Shown: positions 11,021 to 23,119 of the stretch, piece after piece | Layout: the number at the start of each line of letters is the position of its first letter | How positions within the stretch are numbered: the first letter of the stretch is position 1 | From: Parasitella parasitica NRRL 2501 | Taxonomy: Eukaryota; Fungi; Mucoromycota | DNA length: 64,000 nt | Assembly (NCBI GenBank): GCA_025201805.1 | Contig: MU619239.1 | Span: 289,556 to 353,555, forward strand | Reading direction: 5' to 3' | Program-made: the position numbers and the translations under genes | Notes under the pieces: generated by a model | Databases searched by the model: none | Seen by the model: only the letters and a program-made list of their open reading frames with translations | What the model was told of the DNA's origin: nothing

Positions 11021-13890
11021 NTAAGGAATACACTTCATTGAAACTTGAATTAATCCATAAGGGTCACTTTGCGATACACGAATCTGACTTTTTGAAGCCA
11101 ACTCTAAATTTTCACAAAAATAAGCATTTTAAAAGGAGACCTACATTAACAGAAAAAAAAAAAGGAGTGCAGGAATATAAACAATGATCAAAACGTACCA
11201 AGAATATTTGAGAATGACTTGGCTATTATGGACGCTTCTTCTTCTGCCATCTGGAAGAATTCATTAAACACAAAAGGATTAGGCAGCTGTTTGATATGTC
11301 TGTATCGTAGGAATTTTGTTTAATTAGTTACAAATCAAGTAATCAAATAATAAATGTATGTAGATACTCCATAAATTCTTGCATATTATCTTCTTGTGGG
11401 TGCAAAAGATGATCATCAAAGCCAACATTTACGTCTGTATCTATATGAAATACATGATGAGTTTCAAATAGATTGCATCTGCTGCTTAGGCTATATACTG
11501 TACTAAAATCAATGTCGTCTCCTCCATAATCCACTGTATCATCGTTATTCATGACTTCGAACTGCTGCTTCTGCCATCTCACTGTGTCTTCTTGTCTATA
11601 CTAAACATGTGAGACCATCATGAACGAAAAAAAAAAGCGCATAATACATGTAGTTACGCTTGATTTGGTTCTACATCGCCATCAAAAACAAGTTTGTGCA
11701 GTTCAGGAGTACTGTGCACATCTATAAGATGTAATACATGTTGGTAGATCTATAAATCTATACTTTGTTACAACATAGCATCTTTTTAATACCTGAATTG
11801 GATCGAATAGAAACACCTCCACTACTGATTTGGTGGGATAAACGTCGAATGCCGTTAGCAGTAAAGTGAGAGGAGAGCGAACCGCTTGTATTGCGCCTAC
11901 GCAGGTGCTCGTATCTTCTAGATTTCTCAATCTATATTATTGCATAGCATGTTAATAAACGTGCGCGTGCAATTTATTTCCTAAAAAGTGCAATTCCTGT
12001 AATTTGAACAAAACCAAGGGAAGTTTTATGCGCCAACTAACCTGATCGTCCGCAAGTCGGTTTCTATTAAAAAATGCTAATACTTGATGCTGCTGTCCTC
12101 CTGCTCCTTGTTCAGTCAATAAATTTGTATTGTAACTAAACGTATCAAGCACAGTAGAAGGGTAGCGCAAACATTTCCTGATTATTGCCATTCTTTGCTT
12201 TTCTGTCAATTTTTGCTGTCGCTGGCTCTTCTGAATGGATGGGGTAAGTCCACGCAAAAGTCGGTCTGTAGAATAGTCCTCTGCGTAGGATAACATGGTA
12301 GTGCTTGCGACCATACGTCGCACACGTCTTGTCGTGTTAACATCAGTACGTGGTGTAACACTATCATTCACTACTCTAATTGGAAAAATAGTGCTTAAAT
12401 TACCAGTTGAAATTGAAGAAATACTCATGTTGTCTTGCTCCTCGTCTTCTTCTTGAATAAGTGATGGGGGTCCACTACGGTTATGAATAGGACCAAGACT
12501 ATAGTAGTCTGCCGTGGTAATCAAATCAGGGGCACCAAGGCGAGGAGAAGCCTGTCATAGTTTGAATATAATACAGTTTGAGTTTGTGATTTAATATTTA
12601 ATAAAATCATGTCTTGCCTGGTTTAAAGGAGAGATGTAACGAGCTCTTGCATCTGACTGTTGCTTCTGGTGGTCCAAGTGCATGTCTGCAGTATCAAGAG
12701 GAAAGTCAAACGCATTGCTCTGTGCTTGATTCTGCCTTGCCAAAGGTGCATTTAATACAGCACTGACTTCCTGCTGTTGTTGAATATCACTATTTAATAC
12801 TTATTAATGACAAGTGCATATTCAAATCAAAGATTTGCTTACAAGCCATAATCAAACATATCATAATCTTCCATTCTACCCATGTCACTCATATAGATAT
12901 GGTCAAATATATGCTGCTGCTTTATCAACGAATCAAAGGGTTGGTCTGGGTGGATCGAATCTTTTGCCATGTCGAAGGTATTGTCAGTCATTAAATTAGA
13001 TATATCTCGAGAGTTTTCAATTCTCATGATAAAAGATGAATTGTTAGCATCATTGTCCATATCATTTGAATAACTGAAATTGTAATCAAACTGTGTATAT
13101 GAAAAAGCATATTAGTTGGAAATGATAACGTAATGCCGTCTATTCATGTGATATGTACCAAAGATGAAAATGAAGGGCCTTCAGAAGACGTTTGAAATTG
13201 CAACATACTTTCAACATCAGATAGCGTGATAGCACCGGATCTATGTAGTAGTAATGAAAGACTTAGCATGCAGCCAAAAGTAATATTTTGTGCAAGGTAC
13301 TTGCGGTACAGTGGTCTTTTCCATATCAATAAAGGATGATACTGTGGGATTGAGCATGTCAGATTTCAATTTACTCCAGAGTTTAGTAGAATCATCTATA
13401 TGTGCATGTATGTAATGTAATGCGCGAGTATATTAGATCCTTAAATCGTGCTTCGTTCATATTTATGATACCATATAAAAAATAGCTTTGTTGGCGCATT
13501 ATTTTGGAAGCACCATACAATAACTGAGCTTTAGTCTTGAGTTTAAATGAGGTTTCATTTTCTAAAATCAACTGGCTGTAGTAGGCATGTACATATGGTT
13601 CAGTTGCCTGCATTATATAGCGCAACACACGCATAGTATATATATAAGTACATATATGTACACATACCACAGTTTACTGGTGTTATAAGCCTGAATTGTA
13701 TCACGCCCTATTCTCTTTTTGATATCAATTACGCCTGTTAATTGGCTTCGACTGGCTGCAAGCCTGTATGTACAATTTCTGCATGTTATTTTTCGTTACA
13801 TCTATTAAATTCAGCAAAGGATACTTTCCAAGCAATATTGAAATGTTTATTTGTTTTCAGTAATTGCTCTTCTTCAGTGACTAAAGCCAT
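11021..13890 (-). CDS. rec8: Rec8/Rad21-family cohesin kleisin (Rec8-like), ~13 exons
   Basis: The spliced N-terminus reads HFNIAWLAAS...SKLCQLILENETSFKLKTKAQLLYGASKIMRQQSYFLYDD...IDM...AITL (Rad21/Rec8 N domain). The C-terminal winged helix reads FNEFF...IAKSFSNILELASKSQIRVSQSDPYGLI. The presumed stop codon overlaps the N gap at 11021. The model needs one GA and two GC donors. Confidence 0.88.
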
Positions 13891-13937
13891 GGTGCAAAAG
13901 AGGGAAGAGAGACGAATAAATGATAAATTTAGCTACG

Positions 13938-15136
13938 CTACAATTGAATCAAAAAGTCGTCTAAATTATGTGATCTGCGTGGTATCGGCGACGAAGAAGT
14001 TGAGTTGGAAGATAGCAAGAGCGCCTGCTTGTACTTTTTCAAATCTTCAATCTCTTTGTCCAGCTCTACAGCCTTTAAATCTAGTATGTGTGTGGTTGGA
14101 ATTATCATATTATCAACTAAACTGGTCAATAATTGACCATAAACACCTGCATTGTACATTTGGGTCATGGTATTCGGTAAACTAGATGTGTTTACATTTA
14201 TAGCTGACCTCAGATCATATTTGATGCATTCGTTAGATGCTGCAAATTCTTTTTTGTACTCTTCGTACATGTGCTCGGGCAATTTCAGTAAAAGCTCTCG
14301 AATATCACTGTCTACGTCTAAGCTGGGCTCAATCAACAATGGAATATTGACTTTTTGGTTATTTTGTGCCGATTGGAAGCATGTTATTTGGACTTTTTCA
14401 GTCTGTTTAGCTGTTTAGTACGCATACACAAACTATCTGACAAAAATGAAATATGGACACATATCATCATACATACATTATCATTATGCGACTCAAAACA
14501 GGATACTATGATCCCAAAAAACTTTTCATCCATAAATTGCTGTGATAACTGTGTTCGTAAATCTAGAGTATTATACGGTAAACAACTGCATACAAGACTT
14601 GAATCAAGCTACTTACCAACATGTGACGGGAACACTGTGATATGTGGATGACTATGGTACCAGCCAATTACCATCATAGGCTTGCCTACTTTATTTCCAA
14701 ATTCCTGCAATATACAATACAGTTTAATATGCAGGCAGGGTCGAGCATTCTTCTGACAAAATTACCTCTGCCTCAAGAGCGGCCAAATGCAAATTTTCGG
14801 GTGCAATTTCAACCCTATCTTTGCGCTTATCAGATCGACTCAAGAAGGAAATGTATTTTACATGAGCTACTGATTTTGACTTTAGGTATGGATTATTGCT
14901 AGCAACAGCCTAAATACGATAGGTTATTACTTCTGCTTAAAAAATAAAATAGTTCATCTATATCTTTCCTCCCAATATCCTATCAGCATACCGATAATCT
15001 CTTCCTAATTTGACAATTTCTTGTTAGTATGTATTTTGTATTTTTACGAAAGCACTGCTTATACATTTTCTGTAGAGTAAGCGTGAGTTAGAATAAGATG
15101 ATATATGTAGGCTGGTAAAATGACTTGGTTCAACAT
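13938..15136 (-). CDS. BRCC3: BRCC36-like Lys63-specific JAMM/MPN+ deubiquitinase, 6 exons
   Basis: The spliced product contains LTHAYSTENEEIIGMLIG, RSDKRKDRVEIAPE, VIGWYHSHPHITVFPSHVDLRTQ, FFGIIVSCF and VQITCFQS, plus a C-terminal coiled coil. Intron 2 needs a GA donor. Confidence 0.93.
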
Positions 15137-15422
15137 AGTTGGTGCCAAGCAAAACAAACAAAAGAGAAAAGAGAAAAAATTTGAGTTGGCGAAATCAGGA
15201 TTAAGCATGTTAGTACTGCAATACAACCGAACCATATTACCTTAATAGATATAAACTAGATATTTTTGGGAAATAAAAAATATAAGCAAGCATATAATAG
15301 TTGCAATAAAACATTTATTATTGTTTTATAGCATGAAGCTCACTAACTACTCTATAAAAATTCTTAAAGATTGAAATTGTCATATCCGGATCCTTTTTGC
15401 CGTATTTGGCTANNNNNNNNNN

Positions 15423-15456
<34 letters not shown>

Positions 15457-16303
15457 ATAAAAAAAAAGAAGCTTCCTAAAAAGAGAAGTCGCCAAGTTTC
15501 CATATCAAAACGGTAATGGGATGATTTTACTTTACTGTCATGCTCTCGGATAAATACTTCCGTTCTTAACAAAAGTCTTATCACCTAGTATCTAATAATC
15601 ATTATTCAAATAGCTATATAACACTGAGCATCTTATTTATTGGATTTTGATCATTTCTTAATAGCTTTTTTTAATAGATGGTACGATTCCGCGGAAAAAA
15701 ATTAGAGATCTCGATCCGATCTAGTAACAAACATTCATAATAAAGTTTCGATTTCAATCTTCCATAATTACGCAATGAAGTTTTCTGCTATTTTAATACG
15801 TAAATGCGGTGAATTCTTTGAGTCCCAAAATCAATTTTGAATCTCGTGTCTTCATCATCGTTTCTTTGGAGCATTGATGCTCCATTGCCAATAAAAAAAA
15901 AAATACAAAATTATAATGTTGTTTATTACCCTAGACAATGCCAGATTGAGATAAACTCATTATTATCTGTTTATTATTACCGTTCTTTTGCGTTAAAAAA
16001 AAATCTTGAAAAGAAAAGTTCTTTTTCGAGCCTTTCATTTTATGAAACTTAGCAAAAGAATGAGCAAAGATACAAATTATATCTGTGCCTTGAACAATTT
16101 CACATTAATAAGTTTTATTGTTCTTCTAAAACTATTGCCCGCGTTTAACTTATATGTTGTTGAAACCAGTATATTCAACTAAGTTTTTTTCCAATCTTCT
16201 ATTTTTGAGCATAGATCCTTTCCCTTATAAAAAAGACTCTTTCCTTTCTATTGCTATTCCCTTGCATACTTTTTCATCTTTATATTTTTTCAACGGAATC
16301 TAT

Positions 16304-18074
16304 ATGTCAACAACTGAACAGACACCATCAAACTTTACATCAGCCGATTTGCTATACAATATACAGCAATACATGAACCTATTGACTGCTTCTAGCGCCA
16401 CATTAGCCATTTCTATGGTTTGCTCACTTTTAATTACAATAACCTACATCCATTTGCGAATCTCCCACCCTGATATAGCCAACAGAGTATCGCTAAGATG
16501 TGTTTTCATGGCAAGCCTCATGAATCTAATCAATTCGATATTCGACATTGCTATCGTGTTAATTGTCGGCGATACATACCTCTGCAGAGCTAGTGCAATA
16601 ATCTCAATGTTTACAAGAGTCATGAGTGCTGTATTTTTGGCTCTGGTGGGTGTCAATTTAGTACTTGTTTTTGTTTGTAATGTCAGTGCCTCGGCCCATC
16701 GATTGGAGTGCTTCTATTACCCAAGTGCCATCATCTATGGCTTGTTAACTATCACCATGCCTATAGTAGAGTCATCTGACGACGTTATATCGCCCGACAC
16801 TGACCTTCGATGCTATTATTACATACATTACTATCAATTCCTCGGCCACAGAAACATGCTATGGGTAAGCAGAAACACATAGAAGGTAGCCAAGTCTTTC
16901 AATTAACGCTGTTGTATGTGTAGATGTGGTTTTATGGCTTCTTATTTCTATCAATTGTCATAGCTGTCATTTGCTCAATCATTTCCCTGATAAAATTGAT
17001 GCGCGAACATCGCGCATTGATTCGAAAGTGGGTTCATATTGCCTCCATGTCTCAAACAGCCGAATCCGCCCAACCAAATGTGGAGCAGCGTGTCAAATCG
17101 CAATCAAACATATTCATGCGGGTAGTTTCACGATGTGTCTTGTATCCCCTTGGTAAAGTATACATATTTTAGTGCCATGAATATTCACACATTTAACACT
17201 CGGTAATATAGTTCCATTTATCAGCAACATTTGGGGATTTATTTTCCAAATCTATCTGATCAACCCTAAGAACGGAGTCCCCAGCTTTGCATTCTCCATT
17301 ACTGATGCTGTGTTCCGATGTCTACAAGGCTTTTTTGTATCCATTGTTTTCTTTAGCGATCCAGCAATCACGCATTATATGTACAAGCAATGGAGTCTCT
17401 GTAAAGAAAAGTACATTGATGACTTTAGCCAAATTCGTAGATACAGTGATGGTCAAGTGGAAATTGTAATTTTGGACAACGAAAAAAGCAACCACACAGA
17501 AGGATCAAAAGGCCAACCATCCTCTATCTCCATAATGCCCTTTTCTTCTCCGCGCAAGCCTTCTGTTTGCAATAAAAGCAAAACAGTTCAGCAGACACCA
17601 GCAACAGATAGCAATGAAGGGCTACAAAGCAATGTCGATTTTGAAACCAATGCTCTTAAACGTATCAACAACGATTGTGTAACTTTCAATACAGTTCCTA
17701 TGCGACGCTTAAGCGTGCCACTGTCTGTCTATACTCGAATTCACCATACTGATACTTGCATCAGCTTGTCTTCGTCTTTGCCATTACCACAGTCATCAAT
17801 TTCATCGTCTAGTATTACAGCAGTAGATTTTTACCCTCCTTCACAGTCTGGTGTTGCTGATCGTCGCTCTAATTATCGTATATTGGTGCCTTACAAGCAT
17901 CCTCGCTTAGCGTCTGCCTTTCATTGGTTCCTGGTCAAATGTGGATTTGGAAAATCAAATTTGCCTAGTTCTCCCGCTGCCTTAACATCTTTTCAGCCAA
18001 ACCAACTCTCACCTACCTCTGATTCCTCTTTGGTTGTGGATCCTCCCTCCCCTGTTCATCCTCTGACCGAATAG
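16304..18074 (+). CDS. 7-TM GPCR-like receptor (cAMP-receptor/Git3-like), 3 exons
   Basis: GT-AG introns at 16865-16923 and ~17153-17211. Seven hydrophobic helices, NRVSLR after TM1, Cys at the TM3 start and in ECL2, TM7 LQGFFVSIVFFSDP, and a long Ser-rich tail. Confidence 0.8.
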
Positions 18075-19149
18075 TAATTGATAGCATCATTTATGCCATA
18101 AGAAGCGTACCACATTATACCTATTAAGCTTCTTTAGGCAACCCTTATATACCCATTTTTTTCTAATGTCAAAACCAAACATTACTTGTTCTATTTAAAC
18201 GAGATTATATACTCCAAAAACAAACAATGAAGTCAAGTAAAGTTATTAGGATCATTACCTTCATTAAGCGTTACAAGCTATGCAAGTTAAGAATGTGCAT
18301 GTAGCTCTTAAAATCCAGATCTTCAACGAGATATCAACCGTAAGGCATAATGCGCCATATAATGTTAACGAGTATTGTAATGATGGTTTGATAGCTGTAT
18401 TCAATAGCAAACGTATCTTAATTTACATGGCAAAAAATCTGTTGTTTAAGAGTTTTCGATTTTTATTATCCAGTTAATCTTATTCAAGGAAAACAAACGC
18501 ATTGATAACGTATTATGCAATGGCAAGCATGATGACGGTGAATGAACGAGTCAACTATCCTTTTTCTTTCCATTATTATCTCTCTTTTCTTTCCTCTAGT
18601 TTGTCTCTACTTTTCCCTTGCACTTTGCTGTTTTGTAAAAAAAACCAAAAAAAAAATCTGTTATGAATTTCTTGCAAACCCTTGTTTCCGATAACAATGA
18701 TCATAAGTACCAAGCAGAGCTGATACAGACAGAATTACTGCGTATTTTAGCAACAAGCCTAACTTACGCGATTTGGGATTGGCGATTGGCATCAATTGCC
18801 ATAGATACGAACTTTTTTCTACACTATTTGCGCCAATGGATCAAGCTACAGCGGCGAAAATCTGCTGGTTTTGCACTGGATGGCTGATAGGCTATACAAG
18901 GCTATTTGGGAAAATATCCTGGAGCATTCAGCTAACAAGCAGTCCGCTAATCTCGGTCTACAGTCTGGACATATGGTGCTGTAGAAGGTGAAACAGATGC
19001 TTCCTTCAACCCCTCGCAACCCCACCAATCAACATTCATTTCCTATGCAACACCGCCGCCATAGTCTTTTTTTATAAAATGAATAACGCAACATTGCTCG
19101 TAATATGTGGAAGAAGAGAAATTATGAAATTCCTTAGTACGGCCTCCAA

Positions 19150-21410
19150 AAATGCTGGTTCCATTGATCATACTTCTGAATCAAGTGATACTCCTAATAA
19201 TATTTCGCCTGGTATGCCTGGTATCTGGAGTAACATCAGATGTAAAGAGGAGCAACCCAGATTGTTATCACTTTTGATCCATCAAATCATATCACTCGTC
19301 AAGCGATTGTCCCTAATGTCACTGCCGTTGCCATTGCTTCTGCTCCTGCTATGATAGCCTCTCTAATATTTTGAGCCTGTCCCTGCTGATCTTACACCTC
19401 CGGCAAACTATTTAACAAATGTTAATTGGGGACCTACTACCACCACCGCTGGCTGGCCGGCTCCACTTCAAACCTCACTTTTACCTCAAGTACAGGCTTC
19501 ACTGCAGCAACCACAATCATTTTTTAATCAACTCACAGATGTGCCAATTGTTTTTATACGCCTACAGCAAACCAATTCAATCAAATTGATTTTGCTTGTA
19601 TGGTAGCCCTCACGAATAGCAACAAACATCAGCATTATCAACAGCAATATAGACAATATCAGCAGTATCGATAATGTCAACGATACCAACAACAGTTTTT
19701 GCTGCACCAACAAAATGCTCAGAATTAAAATGCTCAACTGTAACAAAAATATCAGCAACAATATCAATGCCAATATAGCCCTCAACACTATTTATCACAA
19801 CAATCTCTTCATATTTTCAATAGCAGGACGAAGAAGATGATGAGCAGCAGCAGCGACAACAACAAACCAAACACCGTATAGCTTAAATGCTAGCTCCAGT
19901 ATTGTTACCAGCCAATTCATCTGGAACTGGCAGCGCTCAGGGTAATAAAAAACAGCTTATGCACGAGGCCTCTGAAGCAATATACACAAAGGCAGGATAT
20001 TTGCAGCTACGATACAGAAGAGGAATGGCTGGCTTTTGTAATCGTCTAAGAGACAAGCTGGATAACCGTTTTAGAGTGCGATACACCAAGTACATTTTTC
20101 AAGTCAATGAAGAAGTCGGCAGTGGTACTGCAGGCGCGGCGAAGGCTATTAACTACGTGAAGGGCGCTGGCAGCGACTTTGCTGGCCAGTTCGCGATGAA
20201 GGAGATATCGGTGATGCGCCAGTTGGAATTCTTCGACGTTGAATTGAACGCTTTGGATATTATGAATGAAGTCAAAGGCCTGAACCTGAAACATCCCAAC
20301 TTGATGTGATTGCGTGAAGTCTTTTTGAATCCTGGATCCCTAACGATGCAAATCATTATGCCTAAAATGGTCCTTAGTGTTGATATCATGACATGTAATG
20401 TCGGTCAACGGTACGGATGTGCTTTTAATGAATAATCCGCATGATATATTTCAAATGAGGTTAGAAGTGTATATTGAGCCTTGTTGAGTCGTATCTACTC
20501 ACTGTTACTTGTTTGTAGCTCATGAGTGGCCTGGCTTATTTAATACATGGCGATTGGTTCTTCCATGCTGATATCAAACCGGGAATTCTCCTCGTAGACC
20601 GCAATGGTAATATCAAGTTGACTGGCTTTGGGTTTCTGGGCAGAGTGGGTGTCAAAGAAGGCGAATTAAGAGGAACGTCCATTATTGGAATCCAAAAAAT
20701 ATAAAAGCCAGAGGTTAACGAGATACGAAAACTTTATGATACTTTATTTAAGATCAAAATTGCATCTACTAAGGGTGATTTATTTAGGTTACTAATTGAG
20801 AAGGCTAAATTTCAGTAACAATCTACTTGATAGAGTGCGATGTAAGGTTGTACAATAAGGGCTACACATCTTTGATCTGACAGTGCCCTAACCTTTATCC
20901 TGGTGCACAGGTCTGCGTTACAGGAATACCCTTCTTGATTTGAAACAAAACAGAGACTTTATTTTCAAGTGTACACAAGCGTATAATATCACACCATTGG
21001 ACAATCTTCAATCTTCAATTGACATACATCGCCATAATCTCCTGTCTCTAATTATAGAAGATCATTCATGGTAAGAGACAAAGAATGCTTTAAACGTATA
21101 ACATTTCATCTCTCACTCTAATAACATCATGTAGCTCCAGAATTAGCCGATCTAGACAAGCTGTGTGACGAAAAATCTGATATGTGATCTCTTGGCACTT
21201 TATTGTATGAATTGGCTGCAGGCGTTCCATTAGTGGGTGGCTACACTCCAGAAGAAATATATGAAAAAATTATCTTTTGCAGGTTCGATAAGTACTGTCC
21301 ACTAGACATCCACCTACTCTTCAAGTAACTGATATCTCTCAAAATTACATCGACCTGGTGCATTCTTTGTTGCAAAAAAATCCAGAGAGTATCGCCCTAC
21401 GCCGCCCTCG
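19150..21410 (+). pseudogene. Degenerate Ser/Thr protein kinase pseudogene with decayed Q-rich N-terminus
   Basis: Kinase motifs appear in order (EVGSGTAG, FAMK, HPNL*, HADIKPG, IKLTGFG, VAPE, KSDM*SLGTLLYELAAG) with several in-frame stops and a 444-bp insertion. Confidence 0.8.
20684..21127. mobile_element. Insertion (solo-LTR-like) inside the kinase pseudogene
   Basis: Removing it restores in-frame GTSIHVAPE. It is AT-rich, non-coding and ends in ...ctaataaca(t). It has no GT-AG boundaries and no clean TSD. Confidence 0.55.
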
Positions 21411-23119
21411 CTTTTTTGATGTTGGGCCGTGTATTTTCTGTGCCAATTCCTCTTTTTTTTTTTTTAAAAAAAAAAAACGGTACGTGCAGTATATTGGGTT
21501 GCAAAGTATGTATTTTCTTATTGACATCATCTGTTTAGAGTCATTTTCTCCATCTCAAAGTTGGTACTAGAAATAAAGAAACGAGAAAAGCATTTGCAAA
21601 AATTTTACGCAAAGCTCAAAGCTGATGAAAGCTCGCTACTTTCTCATGTGCTTTAAATAAATTAGTCTTAACCTATAGTCTTTCTCCTTCAAACGCTGAC
21701 AGTTTGAAAATATGATAAAAACCTTAAAAACATGCTGCTGCAAAGCTTGTGATAGATCCTCAATTAAGGAAGTTTCTCGCCAATTCACAAGCAGCGAATA
21801 GAATAGGTTTCTATTCAAGAGCATGTTGATACATAACCAAGGCAATCGATTTTTTGTTAAATACTAATCAGCACCATTACTTGTTTAAAGAATCCTTGTC
21901 TTTGACGATTTGCGCTGTATTATCATCTTGAACCTGTCAATGTTGAATTCACTTATTACAAAAATTTTGGTTTCTTGAAATAAATTTATAGATTGAAGCA
22001 ATTCGTAGGCATTATAGAATCATTCATATGCTAGTTGGTTGCTCCGGTTGCGCATAAAGTTTTGCTTCTGCAGATATGCTCCTTGGGACCGACAATAAGT
22101 GGATAACAATACTCGTACGGTTTGAACATTAACCGTAGAAATTCTGCCGCAAAGCATATAAAATCGAACACAGCAAACAAATCTACTAAAGGCAGCTTTG
22201 AAAACTTTATTACTTCATCTTCGACTCAACTGTTGTACGTTGTATGGTGGAGACGGATTTGAATCTCTGAATTACTACTTTTTTTTGGGTCATTTGGGGC
22301 GCTTTTACAAAATTATAAGGCATACTTAATTACCCAAAGTCTATCTTTTATACCGACCTCATTATAACTATTAATAGCTATTTACAAAGTTTTTAATCTC
22401 TGAAATATGTTAATTTTTCGTCGAGATAAACGCAGAGTAATTTGCAAAAGTGGGACCCCGTATCATTCTTTGAGTTTTCATGAGCAATTACTCATCTTTG
22501 TTTTTTAAACTCCTCCAAATAAGGATGAAAAGCTTGTTATCTCCACGAGATGTGTAGATACAATGACAAACTAGGCCTTTAAAGATGGTGTATAAGGTAG
22601 GGTATATTGCAAAGTTTTTAAATTCTAAAAATGTGTATTAAAATAAGCCTGTATTGACAGAAAACAGCTAAAAATGTAAGTACGGTTTATGATAAATTTT
22701 GTCAGGAAAAAACCAATAAAAATTGTATTATTCAATTTATAATTGTTCTCTATGCATAAAGTATCTAATTTTCCAAGGTAACTTACTATACAATTTGTTG
22801 TTAAATCAACCTGTCTTTCATTTTACATCATTTTGCCTAAAAGAAAGCTCAACCACGGTTCAAACTCAGCCAAGACTGGCTATTTGTTTGAGCCGTCTTG
22901 AAGACATTCAAAATGTCTTCTAGTCCAAGACGTTTGTAATCTATGCTACTTGCGTATATGCATATATTGTAACACAACCTTCTTGCTATGTGTTTTGATT
23001 AAAAAAAGTAATAGTAATAAATTTATTGCATATACAAAGACATATCACAAACTGGGTAGATCATGAAAAGTGGTATAGTTGACTTTTTTTTTGATGTAAA
23101 TGATATAGAAATGACAGGG

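Noticed and set aside
20300-21200. In-frame TGA codons in the kinase remnant as possible selenocysteine or readthrough
   Set aside because: TAA stops, lost catalytic residues and an insertion co-occur, so ordinary pseudogene decay explains them.
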